64,000 nucleotides of DNA from the NCBI RefSeq assembly GCF_036321535.1, contig NC_087437.1, positions 17,052,001 through 17,116,000 of the forward strand, in the 5' to 3' direction. Each line of letters begins with the position of its first letter. The first letter of the stretch is position 1. Positions 39,732 to 54,309 of this stretch are shown piece by piece. Made by a program: the position numbers and the translations under genes. Below the pieces are notes generated by a model. It had not been told where the DNA came from and did no database searches. It saw only the letters and a list, made by a program, of their open reading frames with translations. The DNA comes from Camelus dromedarius. Its lineage: Eukaryota.

Positions 39732-41944
39732 CTACAAATCAGACCTTCATCCGTAAGATTACAAATTTCTAACAGAAACAGATGAAGGAAGGAAATTAGT
39801 CAATTTCTGTGTTTTACAATGCAGGCTTAATTTAAATGAAAAGAAAATTATTTTAGAGAAATATACTCATCATTTTTGTCTGTGACATAATTTTCCCTGC
39901 CTCAGTGTTCTTATAAGCTAGGCTCATTAACACTCCCACTTACAATCTCATCCTACTTATCAGCATGAAGGATTTAAGTAGTACCTTCAACAACCCCTTT
40001 CCCTCACCCTCAAACACACAAACCTTAGTAAGGGCATACTAATCAAACCTTTTAGACCTCTCTTCTGGCCATCAGTTCTGTATATACAATTGTACCTTTA
40101 CCTAGATGTGTCAAAGATGTCTTAGCTGTTTACAATCAATTCATGACTGTTACTCTCAAAGATGGTCCTTTCCCTGTGTTCCTTACCACAGTGAATTAGG
40201 TATGACCTCAGATTCCTGAAAAACAAACTAAACCTAACTAACTCGTTAAATTCATTAAAAATGTATTCCATGAACTTCAGATTGACCTATTCTCCCCAGT
40301 AATGCTGTTAATTTACTTTTAAATGTTTACCTGTATTTTTAAATCTTATTACTTTCAAATTTTTGTTTCAAGTCCTCTGAGGAGCAAGTATGACATAAAC
40401 CTTGAACTTCTGTCTATTCATATTTACTTTCTTCACTGAGATGGTTGAGAGTGTAGGGAATTCTGGTAAAGAAGTAAGAGTTTGTATTGGTAAAATAATC
40501 TCCCCCCCTTATTTATCTGCAAAGAAAAATTGTTCATTTATAAAAAATGAACTGATGAGTGTTTTAGAAGAACTGATCCAAACATTTGCAAATACATCCG
40601 TAACTAAATATGGGCACCCATTTCTTTTAAAACTTCTCTATTTCCCTTTAATTACATACATCAACATATATACTAAATGCTGTATCTCTATCTATACACA
40701 CAATTTATTATTCTGAAACTCTGTCTACATTTTGGTTAAATCCATGTTAATAATGACTGCTACTGCCCTCAAAACAAAATACATGACAAAAATTGTAACA
40801 ATAAAATGTATTTAAGTTAGTGACCAGTTAGAAATGTTTTTAATGAAAATGTTTCCCTTTTCCTGAGACACAGTGTCTAAATATAACAAATTGAGAAATC
40901 TTATGTTTCAAAATACAGGCTAGTGACCTGACTTTATTTTATATGTTGTCAGTAGAATATGAAGGTTAAAAGCACTTTTAAAAGGAGAATAGCTAAAAGA
41001 CAGGAGGGCTCTGGGGCATTCAAATTGCCCAAGTCAGGGATAAACAGTTTAAAAGAGATTGTCCTAAGCATACAAAGTCATACCCAAATGGAGCTTAATT
41101 CAATTTACACTTCTCTATCTCTAAAACAAAATGACTTGATGATCAAGGAGTTGGCAAGCATTAAAATTAACACCATCCCTAGCTGGAATTCACCAGTTGA
41201 AGCTGAGATATAAATTTTCTTGAACTTAGTGGTTTTTGTTTTCAGCTAAGTATCCACTTGTAAACCCAGACTCCAAACTCCAACTGTCATTATGTAATGA
41301 CCCTCCTCCTATTATAGGTATATACAAACAACAAAATGTATCAACGTACTAAAACAAAAAAATGCAAAATGATCAATACACTTTCAGAAAAGTATTAAGA
41401 TATGATATAGCAGTATTTACTGAGATGTTTATGAATCTGTACGACTTAAACTTCACTGATATTTTCACTTTACATACTAACATATAACCAAATAAACAAC
41501 TATTGAAAGAGAGACTTCTAACTTAATGAGATAGACACAATTTGTAAATTGTGATGGGGACTAATGAGTCCACTGAAAAAAGACTCATTCTTGACTAGAG
41601 TCAGCATTAATTAAATTTTACTGGTATTACTAATAGAATTTTATAAATTAATAATTTACAGGAATTCAGCCTGGATTCTATGATGTGCACTTTGAAGTGA
41701 CTAATCCTTGTCTACCAAAGAGAATAATACTTCATTTAGCCTCCAAATTTTAACTGTTGACTACAGAATGCCAAACTTGTTCTAGTGCTGTGCTACTAAG
41801 AATATGTTCTGCAAATATGTACTGACCACAAATAGATTGTTATCAGTGCATTAAAAGCAACAATTTGAAAGTAACTTTTTAGAAGTTTATATAACAATGT
41901 GACAAAATAATCTTATGTCTGTTGAATCTAACAATAAAATGACA

Positions 41945-43520
41945 CTAAGAATGATGATTCTCAAGTTTTTGGCCCTGAGCAACTTAGTAAAGCAGTGCTA
42001 GCTTGAATTAAAGTAGTAGCAACATATAGAAAGTCAGTTGTGAAGTATATTTTGAAGGGAGAGCTAAAAGAGTATGACAATATAGGAAATAAGAGAAATA
42101 GAAAAGGCAACAGTAATTAGAAAGCCTTGTGCTTATTAGGTACCCAAGTAGAGACAGCTAACAGATATATACCATCATCTAAAATAATGGTTTTTAGAGT
42201 CATTAAGCTGGATGGCACATCAATCCAATGGGCAACTATTCAGCCACTAGAAAAAAATGAGGCACGATTCATATGCTGAAAAGTCCTCCAATATATTTGT
42301 TGATGGGGAAAAAAAGCAAGCAAGATGCCTCTCAGTTTGTATATTATGCTACCATTTATGCAAAAAAGAAGGAATGAATGATTTATTACTATGTGCCACT
42401 CTTCCAAGCTCTTTACACACACTTACTCATTCATATCTCACAATTCTATCAAGTAAGTACTATTATTTCTTTTTCACTTAAGAGAAAATGGAGGCACAGG
42501 TTGGCTAACAGACTTGACAATTACACAGCCTGTAACTGGCAGAGATAGAATTTTAAATTTGCCAGCTCCCAAATCGTGTGATCCAGTCAAATAAATCTTC
42601 CTCTCCCCAAATATATATATATATATATTTATATTTATTATTTACGTGTACATGAATGTAAATAAGAAAGTAAGCAAGTAATTAAGTATATCTCTCAATG
42701 GTTCTGTTTCTGAAGAGCCCATACAGAGTGTTTCTAAAAGGTAAGAGCTGTTATAGCATATTAATATAATGACAAGAATTATCTAATGAAGTAGGTAGAG
42801 GAACTGAAGCAGGAGAGAGAGGAAAAACAACCTGAAAAGCAAGGTTCTTGAGGTGGTAAACAGGGACTGGATCCACTGCATAAGGGCAAGGACTAACTTT
42901 AGACAGACAGTACTGTCATAAGAGAAAAAGCAGAGTATATATGTACAGCTGCACCCAGATAAGTAGCTTTAATCCTTGAAGGATTCTCTTTTGTCTCTAT
43001 TAAGTTAGCAAGATAATCAGCTACGTGTGAAGAAGAGAGGATAGGAGATAATAAACGTTTGAGAAGAAAGTATGAAATAATCTGAAGAGCAAGTGGGAAT
43101 ATCCATTGTGTAGAATATTGTAATAGGATTCCTAGGCAGCACTAAAGGTCCAGTCAAGAGAAAAATGTAAAAAGCCCTGTCATCATAATTATGTGTTTTT
43201 CTATAACCACTTTTAGCTGCTCTAGTGTAGGTGTGGAGCAGGTGGTAATATGGGGTTATCCTAGGGGTAAGATGGAGGGAGAGAGAGGCAAGGATGCTGA
43301 GGGTCCTTCATGAGAAGGACATGATTATACTAAATTTGGATGATAGAATCTAAGCTAGGAAAGTGGAGGAACTGAAGACATGAAGGGTGTGAAGAACACT
43401 AAAAATATAGTATCAAAGAATTCAAAGTCTCAACATAATAAAAACAATACTGGAGCTGGGAACATATAAAGCAAATACTAAAACAAAAGAGATTATTGGC
43501 AAATGGGATGGTTGAAATTA
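41945..43520 (-). mobile_element. L2 fragments with a MIR fragment (~42420-42570)
   Basis: gatgattctcaagtttttggccctgagcaact; purine-rich L2 ORF2-like tract; gagaaaatggaggcacag. Confidence 0.55.
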
Positions 43521-43899
43521 AGATTATGGACAACAACCCTTTAAACACTATCCAACAATTTGCTTTTGTGTGTTCCTAAACATAAAAATGAAAATTAAAA
43601 AACTGCATTTATATTTAGTGATACCTGTTATACTTCTGAAAATTATTACTGTACACCCTAGAAATATGTTTGATAATGGGACAAGATTAAAATTTTAAGA
43701 GATATGGTTATACTTCTTACTTAGTTTTAAAAAAACTTATTTTAAAAAAACAAACAAAAAGGCTTTTAACAAACTTCTACTTTCCAAATAATAAAGACTT
43801 AACCAATCTCTTAGTCTCTTAAAAACTCAACCAAAATAACAAGAAAAAAATGTTCATCTTCAATAAATCCAGAAACATACTTACAACCCCAAGCCACAG

Positions 43900-45400
43900 T
43901 ATTTTAATATATGCATATACAAAGCAGGTGGAAAAGCATGGAAATCAAACCAAATGGTCAACAAAGCTTGACAACTGTATCTTAAGAAGAACAAAAACCA
44001 AAACTATTTTGCTCTGCAGAACCCAGAAGCATTCAGGACTTGGAGAAGTACTAGGTTCCACAGAGAGATGGAGTGAAATAAGGTCTGAAAATAGGAATAT
44101 TATTTCAAAGTTTATATAATAAGTAATTAAATCCCCAAATCTCCACTCCAACCTAGACAAGCAATCCCTCCACTAGACATTCATCTTGGAAGTCCAGAAA
44201 GTTTATTCCCTAAAGAAAATAAACCAGTGATTTGGACTCATCAGACATAGAGGAGGGATATATGTTAACTACAGAGTGCCCTGGATGCTCCTTCACCCTG
44301 TATAACTCCCAAATGGCAGACAGCAACCAGACTCAAGGAGACTGAAAGATCCTTCGGCAAAGAAGCTGAACTTTCCCTGGGAAAATAATTATTAATACCA
44401 ATAATTTAGAGTCTGCAATGAAAACACTAACTGAACACAAGACTATCCTGCAGTGATGCTCACCAAAGAAGCCAGAGCTACTGCCCCCCCTCTAGCAAAC
44501 ACAACACATACATATACATACACACACACACACACACACACACACCCCAGACCCTCTCCGGCAATCAGCTTCTTAGTGTCTCATTCTCAGCAATGACTAG
44601 AGAGCCAACGAACAGGTATTTAAGGCAAGTTTCCAACATGAAAGATACCAATAAAAGCAGAGAATCAGAAAAGGCATCAGAGAAGGGAGCAGGAAAAACC
44701 TTCAGAGTCATAATTAACATTGTCAAAGAGATAAGAGAAAATGTTACATGCATGAGACAATGTTAAAAAAAGAAAAAGACTAGGAGAGTGCTAAAGAACT
44801 CATAGAATATTTAAATTAATGAAAAATAAGTTCAATAAATTTGAGGAAATATAAGAAAAGTGAACCAAAAAGAAAAAAAGTGAACTAAGAAATGGAAACT
44901 AGAAGAGAAATAACAAGAAACTCAGAATTGATTCATGAGATTAACATCCAAGCAATAAGTATTCAATAAAGAGTGCCCAGCAAAATGAATGAAAAATTAT
45001 ATACACACATCAGGGTATATCACCATGATATTTCAGAACATCAGGAACAAGGAGAACAGTCTAAAAGCTTCCAAAGACAAGAACCGGGTCAGAATCAGAA
45101 GTCTGAAACAGCACTGGACTTCTCAACAGCAACACTGGAAGCTAGAGAAAAAATTCTGAAGAAAATTTTCAACAATAAATTCTATATTGGGTCAGACAAT
45201 TAAACATAAGGACACAGTATATTCTTCAGGCAAATAAAGTATCACATACATACTTCCCCAATATTCTTCTTCTCAAGAAGCTATCAAAAAACATGTTACC
45301 CAAAAAGGAGACAATAAATTAAAAAAAGAACGCAAGTCAAAGACGATAATGAATCTAACAAAAGACAAAGAATCCAAACAATGGCAGAAAGGTTAAATAA
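43900..45400 (+). mobile_element. Old L1/HAL1-like 5' and ORF1 region
   Basis: ggacttctcaacagcaacactggaagctagag; ORF remnant DFSTATLEAR. Confidence 0.65.
44520..44545. repeat. (CA)n microsatellite
   Basis: Direct reading. Confidence 0.95.
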
Positions 45401-45769
45401 CTTAAATGACATATAGATTATAGAAATGAGGCAGATATATGAAACATGATTATAAAAAAATTAAAAGTACAGAAAATATGTGCCACAGAATTGATCCTAC
45501 CATTTATTTTAAAATAAAATAAAAAATCCTCACAAATATGTATATGAGAAAAAAACCTTAAAGGAAATATCAACATGTTGTGGCTAACTATTGTTTTTGT
45601 ACTTTTCTCCTTTTCTGAATCCTTTTAAAGTTACATATGTAATTTTATGTATATAGAAAATGTTTAAATGTACACCATGAAGATGTTAATGAAAAATATA
45701 CAAGAATTTTTCTCAATTTCTCTGCCTTTTTAAGAACTAAACCAAGCAAGCTTTGTTATTCTGTCACAG

Positions 45770-45945
45770 TTATAACATCAGACAATTACTGAGTGACTTG
45801 TATATGTGAAACTCTCAACATGAATTATTTCATTTAAGCCTCACACCTATGAGATGGGACTATTGTATCAATACTATACAGATGAGGAGGGAAAGTGTGA
45901 GGCCCAGAAGTTAAGGAACTTGTGCAAGGTCACCAAGTTAATACA
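45770..45945 (-). mobile_element. MIR SINE
   Basis: atttcatttaagcctcac...tacagatgagga...gaagttaaggaacttgtgcaaggtcac. Confidence 0.75.
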
Positions 45946-46789
45946 TAAAAGATATACAATGCTTGTAAAGTGATTTTAAAAATCATGATTTCTTTACAAA
46001 AACTGGCCTCCAAAAGAAAGCTAATTTTCATACCTGATGACAGAAAGTAAAAGAGATAAATCTAAGAAAATGATAGTTTTTTTAACTAGAAAACTTAAAA
46101 CACTACTCTAGATACCTGTATTTAGATTTGAAAGAGTAACTACATTTTAAAAGTTTACTGTATTTTATGTGTACAGTTATAGGGTATAGTGGTATTTGCA
46201 GCTTTGGTCAATTATTGGGCATTAATCCTATGATAACACCAAAAGTCTACTATATACAAATCCTAGAAAGCTGAAAAAAGTGTTATATTTGGAGAGGGAA
46301 TGAGAACACCAAAGGTGTTACAGTAAAAAAAAAAAAAAAAATAATAATAATAATGGACAAAATAAAAAGCAATGAAAAGGTAAAAAAAAATGTAATGAAT
46401 AAAAGGAAAATGAAATATAAAGAAATGAAGGAAGAGAGATTAGACTGTATAGTCTGATCTTTGATAATGCCAGACTAACCTAAAATTTTCAGGTCCTAAC
46501 CATAGGAACCAGAAATATTATATCTGGTTAAGAGTTATAAAATATTTGCAGAATTTAATAAATGGAATTTCACACCTGAGAGCCAAAAGATAAGTAAAAT
46601 GAAAATGCATGCTGTTAGCATTCTTATTAGCAGTTTTTGAAAGATATGTTTATTTCTCTTTTTTTTGATTTCTACGTTTGCAATATCTTCTATTACCAAA
46701 ACAGAGTAGGTGTTCAATAAACTCTGAGGAAAAAAAATGAATGAAGAGAAACACAGCAAACAGTATTGGCTCTTCTCATCATTACAGAA

Positions 46790-47000
46790 TAATGGCAGCA
46801 GTTTACTAGATGTCAGGCACTAATCCAAGCTCTCCTAATTTCTTTTAATGAGGTAGCTATCATTATCCTTTCGACTTTGCATATGAAAAAAGTGAGGCCA
46901 AATAAATTAAGGACTTATCCAAATTACCCAACTAGTAAAAGGTAAAAAGGGATATGGATTTAGACAGTTCGGCCCAGAACCCTTTCTATGAACCCATATT
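46790..47000 (-). mobile_element. MIR SINE
   Basis: tgtcaggcact...gaaaaaagtgaggcc...acttatccaaattacccaactagtaa. Confidence 0.65.
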
Positions 47001-48097
47001 ACACGGTTTCAGCAACTGAAAGCCAAAGAAAAGATGTTAATTTACTGAGACAAAGTGATTTTCAGTCTATGATGGGGGAACAAAGCAATTTCATATACCT
47101 TATTGTTCCTCTTAGTGAAAGTCCAGAGATGGTGACTTGATAGGAATTGTTAATCAACAAGAAATCATGCCAATATAAAATCAATCACTTATCAATATAA
47201 TAATGTTAATAATGAAATATAAAGAAATGTTTACTTCCCCAAGAGTCCGAGAGTGAGCTACTGTTAACTAGTGGTGAAGGACTGGCCTCTCAGCATAATG
47301 AGGCCACTTGACTGTCATGTGATGATCTTAAGCACATTTTATACTTTTCCCATAATTCACTTTAGAAAAAAACACAACAGAATCAACCACCATGCCATTA
47401 TTAATACAAACTTTGTATTCTTAATTCTCCTTTATGAAGTTAACATTTTCACCTTAGAAGTGAGAGGTAGCAAATATTAATCTCATTGTAACACAGAAAA
47501 TTATATAGGTGAGAAAACAGCAAAAAAATAAAAAAGTACACCAACATTACTCATCTTGCAAATTGTCATCTAACAAAAATTTGAAATCAACAACTTATAA
47601 AGTATTAGCATGTATTTTAAAAGCAAATGCCTAAGAATAATGTAACTATAAAGCTGAAAAGTAGATTATTTTGAAAGCAGAATTTATAGCACCAAAAATT
47701 AAAGTGGTAAAACAAACAAAATCTATTTGACCTTGGGAAGAAAAACATCTTTTCATGAAAATTTCATGAAATCAAGGAAAGAAAATGTGTCCAGTCTCAG
47801 GCTATAAATCCACCAAAATAATAATGACAAAATAATACTTATATAAATTAAATCCACAAACTATGTTCTAATATGTCTAACTGATACAGCTATTTAGAAG
47901 AGAAATGAGGGCATTTAATTCTGAAGATTAACTATTAATGAAAACTTTATTGCAATGTAAAGCTTCTTTATTAAGATAGGTCAAACGGGAGTATGCTTTA
48001 TAATTCCAATTAAAAGTACAGAAAAACAACTAGGAAAATGTAATATAAAGAGTAATTGCTAACCAGTCTGTTTCAATTCAATGATAAAAAGAATTCC

Positions 48098-48118
48098 AAA
48101 AAAAAAAAAAAAAAAAAA
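48098..48118. repeat. A21 homopolymer (U21 in STAG1 pre-mRNA)
   Basis: Direct reading. Confidence 0.95.
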
Positions 48119-50339
48119 GGTAGGAAAGTCCAGTTTAATTCCAATGGAAAAATGAGACTACTCCTAACTGGAGAATAAACAAACCTGAATAACTATAAAA
48201 TGATAAAAAAATTAATTTTAATAAAAATGTGGCAAAAATATACAATTAAATGCAATGCATAAACACAATTGGGACACATTAGTAAATTAATGGCAAGAAA
48301 ATGGGATATTTGGAAGACAAATTAAAAGTTCTACTGGTAAGACCACTCTGATGACTTATGAAGCTCTAAAACTTATCATATCTGTACCCTACAAAACAAC
48401 TAACCTGATTTTCTCTCTTCTCAGCTAAGATAAAAGCAATGTCAAGGAGCATTTTATTCCAAAGCCGATAATCATATCTGGCCATAACTGCCTTGTAACT
48501 GTCCATGCACATAGTCTTTGAAGCAGAGGATATAATGTTCCTGCCCATTTTATCTAGTCCCCAAGACTCCTCCTGCAAAGTGAATAAAAATGATTATCTT
48601 TTAACCTACCCCTCATACACATACCATAAAGGAAAAAAAGGAGGGAGAGAATAAGAGAAAAGGACAAAGATGAAAACAGAATAATCCTTGAAAAGACGGA
48701 TAATTATTATCCAACCTGGAATTATGTTCTCAGTAAGATCTCTGTGTTTTGTTGAAGGGTAGGTGACTGATACGTCTCACATTTTATGAAACTGAGCCTT
48801 GGAAGATATGATAATTAATGCAGACACAGAGAAATTACAGTAATCATTTGAAGTAAATTTGAGAATAACTTAAAAAATAGATTTTAGCTTTTGAAAAAAT
48901 AAGTATAATATCTGGCTTCCATTTTTCCTTATTTCTGATTCTGAAAAATAATTAACAAATACAAATAGGCTAGATGATATAAAAAGAGCTTAGGTGAAAA
49001 CAAAATGGCATTTATCAGGCAGTTTTAAAAGCTATCGTGATCATAGGTAAATTGTGAGAAAAGAAATACAGACGGGCACTGGAAGTAGGGAAGAGTTACT
49101 CAACTCAAAAGGAGTAGGAGGAAAGCCATAATTAAAGTATGATTAAGCATATATAAAATCAGCATATACAGATTACTAGGGAGACAAACATAGGGAAAAC
49201 AATACAATAATAAAAGTCACTGAAAATGGGCCAGTGGAAAGGAGAGCAGAAATGGACCATCACAAAGTCAGTAAAATACAGTAATACTTCATTTACACAG
49301 TGGTAAAGGACAAATGCAAATGAATTAAAGTCTGTTTTCAGGAAATTAAAATGTTTTAAAAGTCAAAGTGTTCTGCATATTTCTGTATTATTTCTTCTTT
49401 TGTGTTCTTAGAGTATATGTCATATATTTAATATTTTATTCAGAATGCACACAACTTTCTGGATTAAAGAGAGGTAGCGTGCCCCTGCAGAGAAGCCCCA
49501 GATTGCTCTCTATCTTGATATCTATAAGCAAAATTTTCTGACTTCTTTTTTGTTATAAATTGTCATTTCACAATTCTGTCAGCAGGACAACATCTAACAT
49601 TTGCCCTCCATTCATTTGTTGCTCTGTCTCAGCATTAGGAAAGTAGAAAATAACTGTTGGTGGCAGTATTTTGGCTATTTAGAAGCAATTTCTATCTTGT
49701 GTTTAAGTTTATTTCAAATCACTGCATGTACTATGCATCTGAAAACCAGCTAAATGGGCATTACTGTACATAGAAGAAATTGAGAATGAAAAGAATATAG
49801 AAAATACAAAGGAAAGAAAAAAAGCAAATATAAAATGCAGAAGACACTAAAAGTCATGAAATTAGAAAAAAATTATAATATCAGATAATTTTAAAATAAT
49901 ATATAGTTATATTTAAAGTACCATTTCAAAAAGTTACAACTGGGTACAAGATCTCTTTTTCCTCCTAATGATAAGGAAGAGGAAATTCTCAAAATACAGA
50001 ATAAAATGTGTATGATGTTTGTTCTATACAGAATTTTTTTCAACAATAAATTGTGTGGCTTTATCTTTTTTAAAAAGATAAAATTAAGTAAGAAATCTTC
50101 CTCTTTTCCTAATGAGTAAAAGGACACTCTCAAAAGAAAAATGGTGTGTCGTATTTGTTCCATTAGAACTGCAACTAAGGGAATAATGGACACCAATATG
50201 GATTAACCACATTGAGCAAGGAAAGAAAAAGAAATGGGAAAAAAAAAATGAGTAGTAGAAAAAAGTATGGATGACTCTATATAAAATTATCACAATGGCT
50301 TCAGTCAAAAGATTAAGTCAGAAAATGACAAAATTTTAA

Positions 50340-50480
50340 ATCAGGTGTTTGCAATGTGCAGTCCCCACAAGCATCAGCATCAGCTAGAAACCTGTTAAAC
50401 TCTGGAAGCAAGACCACACAATCCATCTCAGTTAAGTAATGGAGGTGATTCTGATGCATGCTAAAGTTTGGGAATCAATG
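50340..50480. mobile_element. MER5A-like relic
   Basis: gcatcagcatcagctagaaacctgttaaa...ggtgattctgatgcatgctaaagtttggga. Confidence 0.7.
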
Positions 50481-51470
50481 TACTTAAATATATTGGATAA
50501 ATGAGAAATTTAACTTTTTATGTAAGATGAAATGCAATTAATGAAACTAAATCTTGTTTTTTTGTCACAGTAATGTGTAAGATGAATGTATAGACAGTTA
50601 CTGCTACTAAAAACGATGTAATCTGGAAGTATTTAAATATATGTGTATGTGAACATACACATATATTTCACCCTCTCTTTCACCCTCTCTCTCTGTATGA
50701 CAGGAGGAAAAATAGACACTTAGTCATTTTAGGTATGCACAGTTAAAATCACTGAGAAATTTAGAACAATGGCTAAATTAACAAAGTTACCTTGTTATGA
50801 AAAACAAAGGGAAAATGAATATACTTGGCTGAGAATTTGTTTAAATAATTCAAAAATAAAAGTAAAAGTGAAAACTATAATCTGTCAGTTCTTCAGATTA
50901 TCTATAGCCTACCTAAATGAACTGATTTTAGAGACATTACATTTAGATATGCTTAGGTTATTAAAACACTATTAATAGAAAGAATGCCAGCTAGGTCACA
51001 ATTACCTATTACAATTAGATGGAATTGTTTCAAATATATATAACAAATATTTACACATTTATGTATAATAACAAGGAGCAAAGAAACAATGTAATTAAGT
51101 GGAAAAAATACTATTTGTTTGGAATTTTAACTATTATTTGGATTTACCAAAGAATATGGCCTGAGGGACACCTAAAATTCCTTTGGTTATAAAATAAAAA
51201 CATAGAAAAATAAACATTCAGAAAGAGATTTGGTAACATTTGCCAGAAATTTTCAATTTTCATTCTCAAGACTACCAAATGGCAGTTATCAAAATAGACA
51301 CACATTTTACTTAAATAGAGAATACAAACCATTCATGTACATTTTGAAGAGAAACAGTATTTTTCAAGAGCATAGTAATTAATTTAAATTAATATTTAAT
51401 CTAAATAAAGCTTAATTAGAATAGAATATATTAAACAAAACTAAATGAAAAGGAAATAAAATGTTGGTTA

Positions 51471-51680
<210 letters not shown>

Positions 51681-53194
51681 CTAAAAAAGGGGGGGGGGAG
51701 GGGAAGAACAAATTAAATATGACATGTGACATCAAGTTTCATCAGTTTTTTTTGTCCTTCTACTGGAAAAGAAACCTTTTTCTCCAAGTAGATGTAGACA
51801 GAAATCAAAGGTGACTTACAGGGGTTCATGATGGCTTTCTCTTTTTTGTTTGTTTTGACCATCCACAACTAAGTAACTGTTACAGTGCTCAAAAATTATT
51901 ATTTAGAACCAGTATTTAATTCATTATTCTAAGCCATTCATTCAAAATAATAATTTCAGTTTTCTTGTACTTGGGTCCTAGTTGAGAGAATTTAAGTAGA
52001 AACCAAAGAGAGAATGAAAGAAGTCTAGACTAGAAATGCTATTTGCTACTGAATTCATACTAAACTAATCATGAAAACTGTGATACACAGCATCTTTCTT
52101 AAGAATTGAGAATTTCAAGAGTATAAGCACTTCATTAAGAAGTCCAAAACCAACTTTTCACATCTGCCAACTGCAACTCCATTTCTTCCAATTTTACTAT
52201 GAACTTTCTATTAAATCTATCTTAATAGATTTTAATAGATTTTCCTTTAGACTTAAAGGAAAAACCTAACATGGGTCCCTGGTATCACCAGATTGTGTCA
52301 TCTTGTTTAAAACATGAAACTGACAGTTGAACTCAGCTAGTTAGAGGTTTCCCATTCTAGCCTAAAACATTTTGGTAAAGAAATGAAAATTCACAAAGTA
52401 GAGAGTAAGAAATTCTGCGAACATTGTTATCTGAATATTTTAAATTTGTGGCTATTTGTCTTTTCTGGGCCAAATTGCTGCTGGTAAAATTGATTATAAA
52501 TGAGTTCTTGAGCTCTGCTGGTGTCCTAGGAAAGAAAACAAGTGTGACACTTAGAAAAGCAAGATATCCTAAGAGCAAGAAATAGAAAGCAGAGATATGG
52601 AAGAGCTTGGCACTCAGTCAGATACCTCCAAAGAAAGTTAATGTTGGTGCTACATCAATGTTATGTAGGTTACTAAGCCCTAAAGGAATCAAAAGAGAAC
52701 TAAAAGGGTTCACTGAATCTTCCCAGCTCTTGAGACTGGGTGTGTGTGTGTTGAGGGGTGGGGTGTAGACTGAAGAGGGTAGCAGACTGGAGAGTTGAGA
52801 TGCTTTTCAAAGGTATCTTTGAAGGCTGCCTGCTGCTTCTATGTCACAAAAGCCCACTAGGGTAGAGCTTCTCTTGCTTTATACCAACTATGAGATGTAG
52901 CCACTTAGTGTTCACAACCAGACCTGGGCCCCAAGGAGACTACAAAGAAAATAATCTATCTAAACAGGCCCAACAGCAAGCAAGAGGAAAAAAAGCACCC
53001 CCCCCCCAAATCAATACTTAGGAAAACCTAAATTAAAAAAAAAAAAGTATAATTCAAAGATCGAAATGTTCCATAAAGCAAAACAAAACTCTATGGAACT
53101 GATATATATATATTGTTTAAGATTTTTTGAAGTATAATTCATATATAATATATATATATGTATATACACATATAGAAATACATGCATTAGATTT

Positions 53195-53697
53195 TTTGGG
53201 CTATAATTCACATATAATGTTAGTTCCAGGTATACAATACAATGATTTGATATTTGTATATATTACAAAATAATCACAACAATAAGTATAGTTAACATCT
53301 GTCACCATAAACAGTTGCAAAATTTTTTGTTTTTCTTAAGATCTTCCTTAATATCTACTCTCTTGGCAACTTTTAAATATGCAATACAGTATTATTAACT
53401 ATAGTCACCATGCTTTACATCCCCAGGACTTAATGTATTTTATAACTTTAAAGTTTGTACCTTTTGAATCCCTTAACCCATTTTGCACAACCTCACCCCT
53501 GGCAACTACTAATCTGTTCCCTGTATCTATGAGTTCAGTGTCTTTTTTGAGTTGTTATTTTTTTGATTTCACATATAAGTGAGGTCAAACAGTATTTGTC
53601 CTTCTCTGACTTATTTCACTTAGTGTAATGTCCTCAAGGTCCATCTATATTGTCACAAATGGTAAGGTTTCCTTCTTTTTTCATGACTGAGTAATAT

Positions 53698-53733
<36 letters not shown>

Positions 53734-53840
53734 ACATACCACATTTTCTTTAACCATTCATCCACTGATGGACACTTAGGTTGTTTCAATATTTGGCTAT
53801 TATAAATAATGCTGCAATGAACATGGGGCTGCATATATCT
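53195..53840 (-). mobile_element. L1 3' end (L1MA-like) with (TG)15 at 53700-53731
   Basis: ORF remnant KQPKCPSVDEWLKKMWYVYT...EYYS; 3'UTR motifs. Confidence 0.88.
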
Positions 53841-53959
53841 GAAATATTTTATTTCTTCAAAAACTCAGCTGATGAATTGACAGAAAGGATGGTCACTGCT
53901 AAGAGATACACTAGTAGCCCAGAAAATAACGTGTAAGACATATCTGAGAAAAAACATGT

Positions 53960-54305
53960 AATTTCCTAGATGAGGTTTCTGGAAACAGCCTTTTAAAATG
54001 GACAAACTAGGCTAGTATGACTGCTTCAACCTTGTGCCCTTTCCTGTTTCACTGATTTGGAACTCACATGTGGTGCCGTATGTTCAACAGCCAGTCTGTG
54101 AACATCAGGGGACAGTATGAAGATAAAGAATGGTAGAGAGAAGAATGGCAAAACTCTAGGTCTTTGCTCTGTTGAGGTGCATACCAACCATGTTAGTTCT
54201 GTCTACTTTCAGATTTATTTCGTGCGACACAAATAAATTCCTGTGAATTTAAGACACTGTTGGTCAGATTTTCTCTTACTTACAGACAAATCTCTTCCTG
54301 TTATA
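53960..54305 (+). mobile_element. Old MaLR LTR fragment (MLT1J/K-like)
   Basis: aaataaattcctgtgaatttaagacactgttggtcagattttct.ttacttacag. Confidence 0.5.
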
Positions 54306-54309
54306 GCAG

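Noticed and set aside
47285..47400. Box C/D snoRNA (gtgatga) and hairpin tggcctc/gaggcca
   Set aside because: Antisense to the host gene, no suitably placed CTGA box D, and a 7-bp stem is expected by chance
48366..48578. 70-aa ORF as an in-frame STAG1 coding exon
   Set aside because: The open frame is phase 0 but the host intron is phase 1; in the STAG1 frame it has five stops
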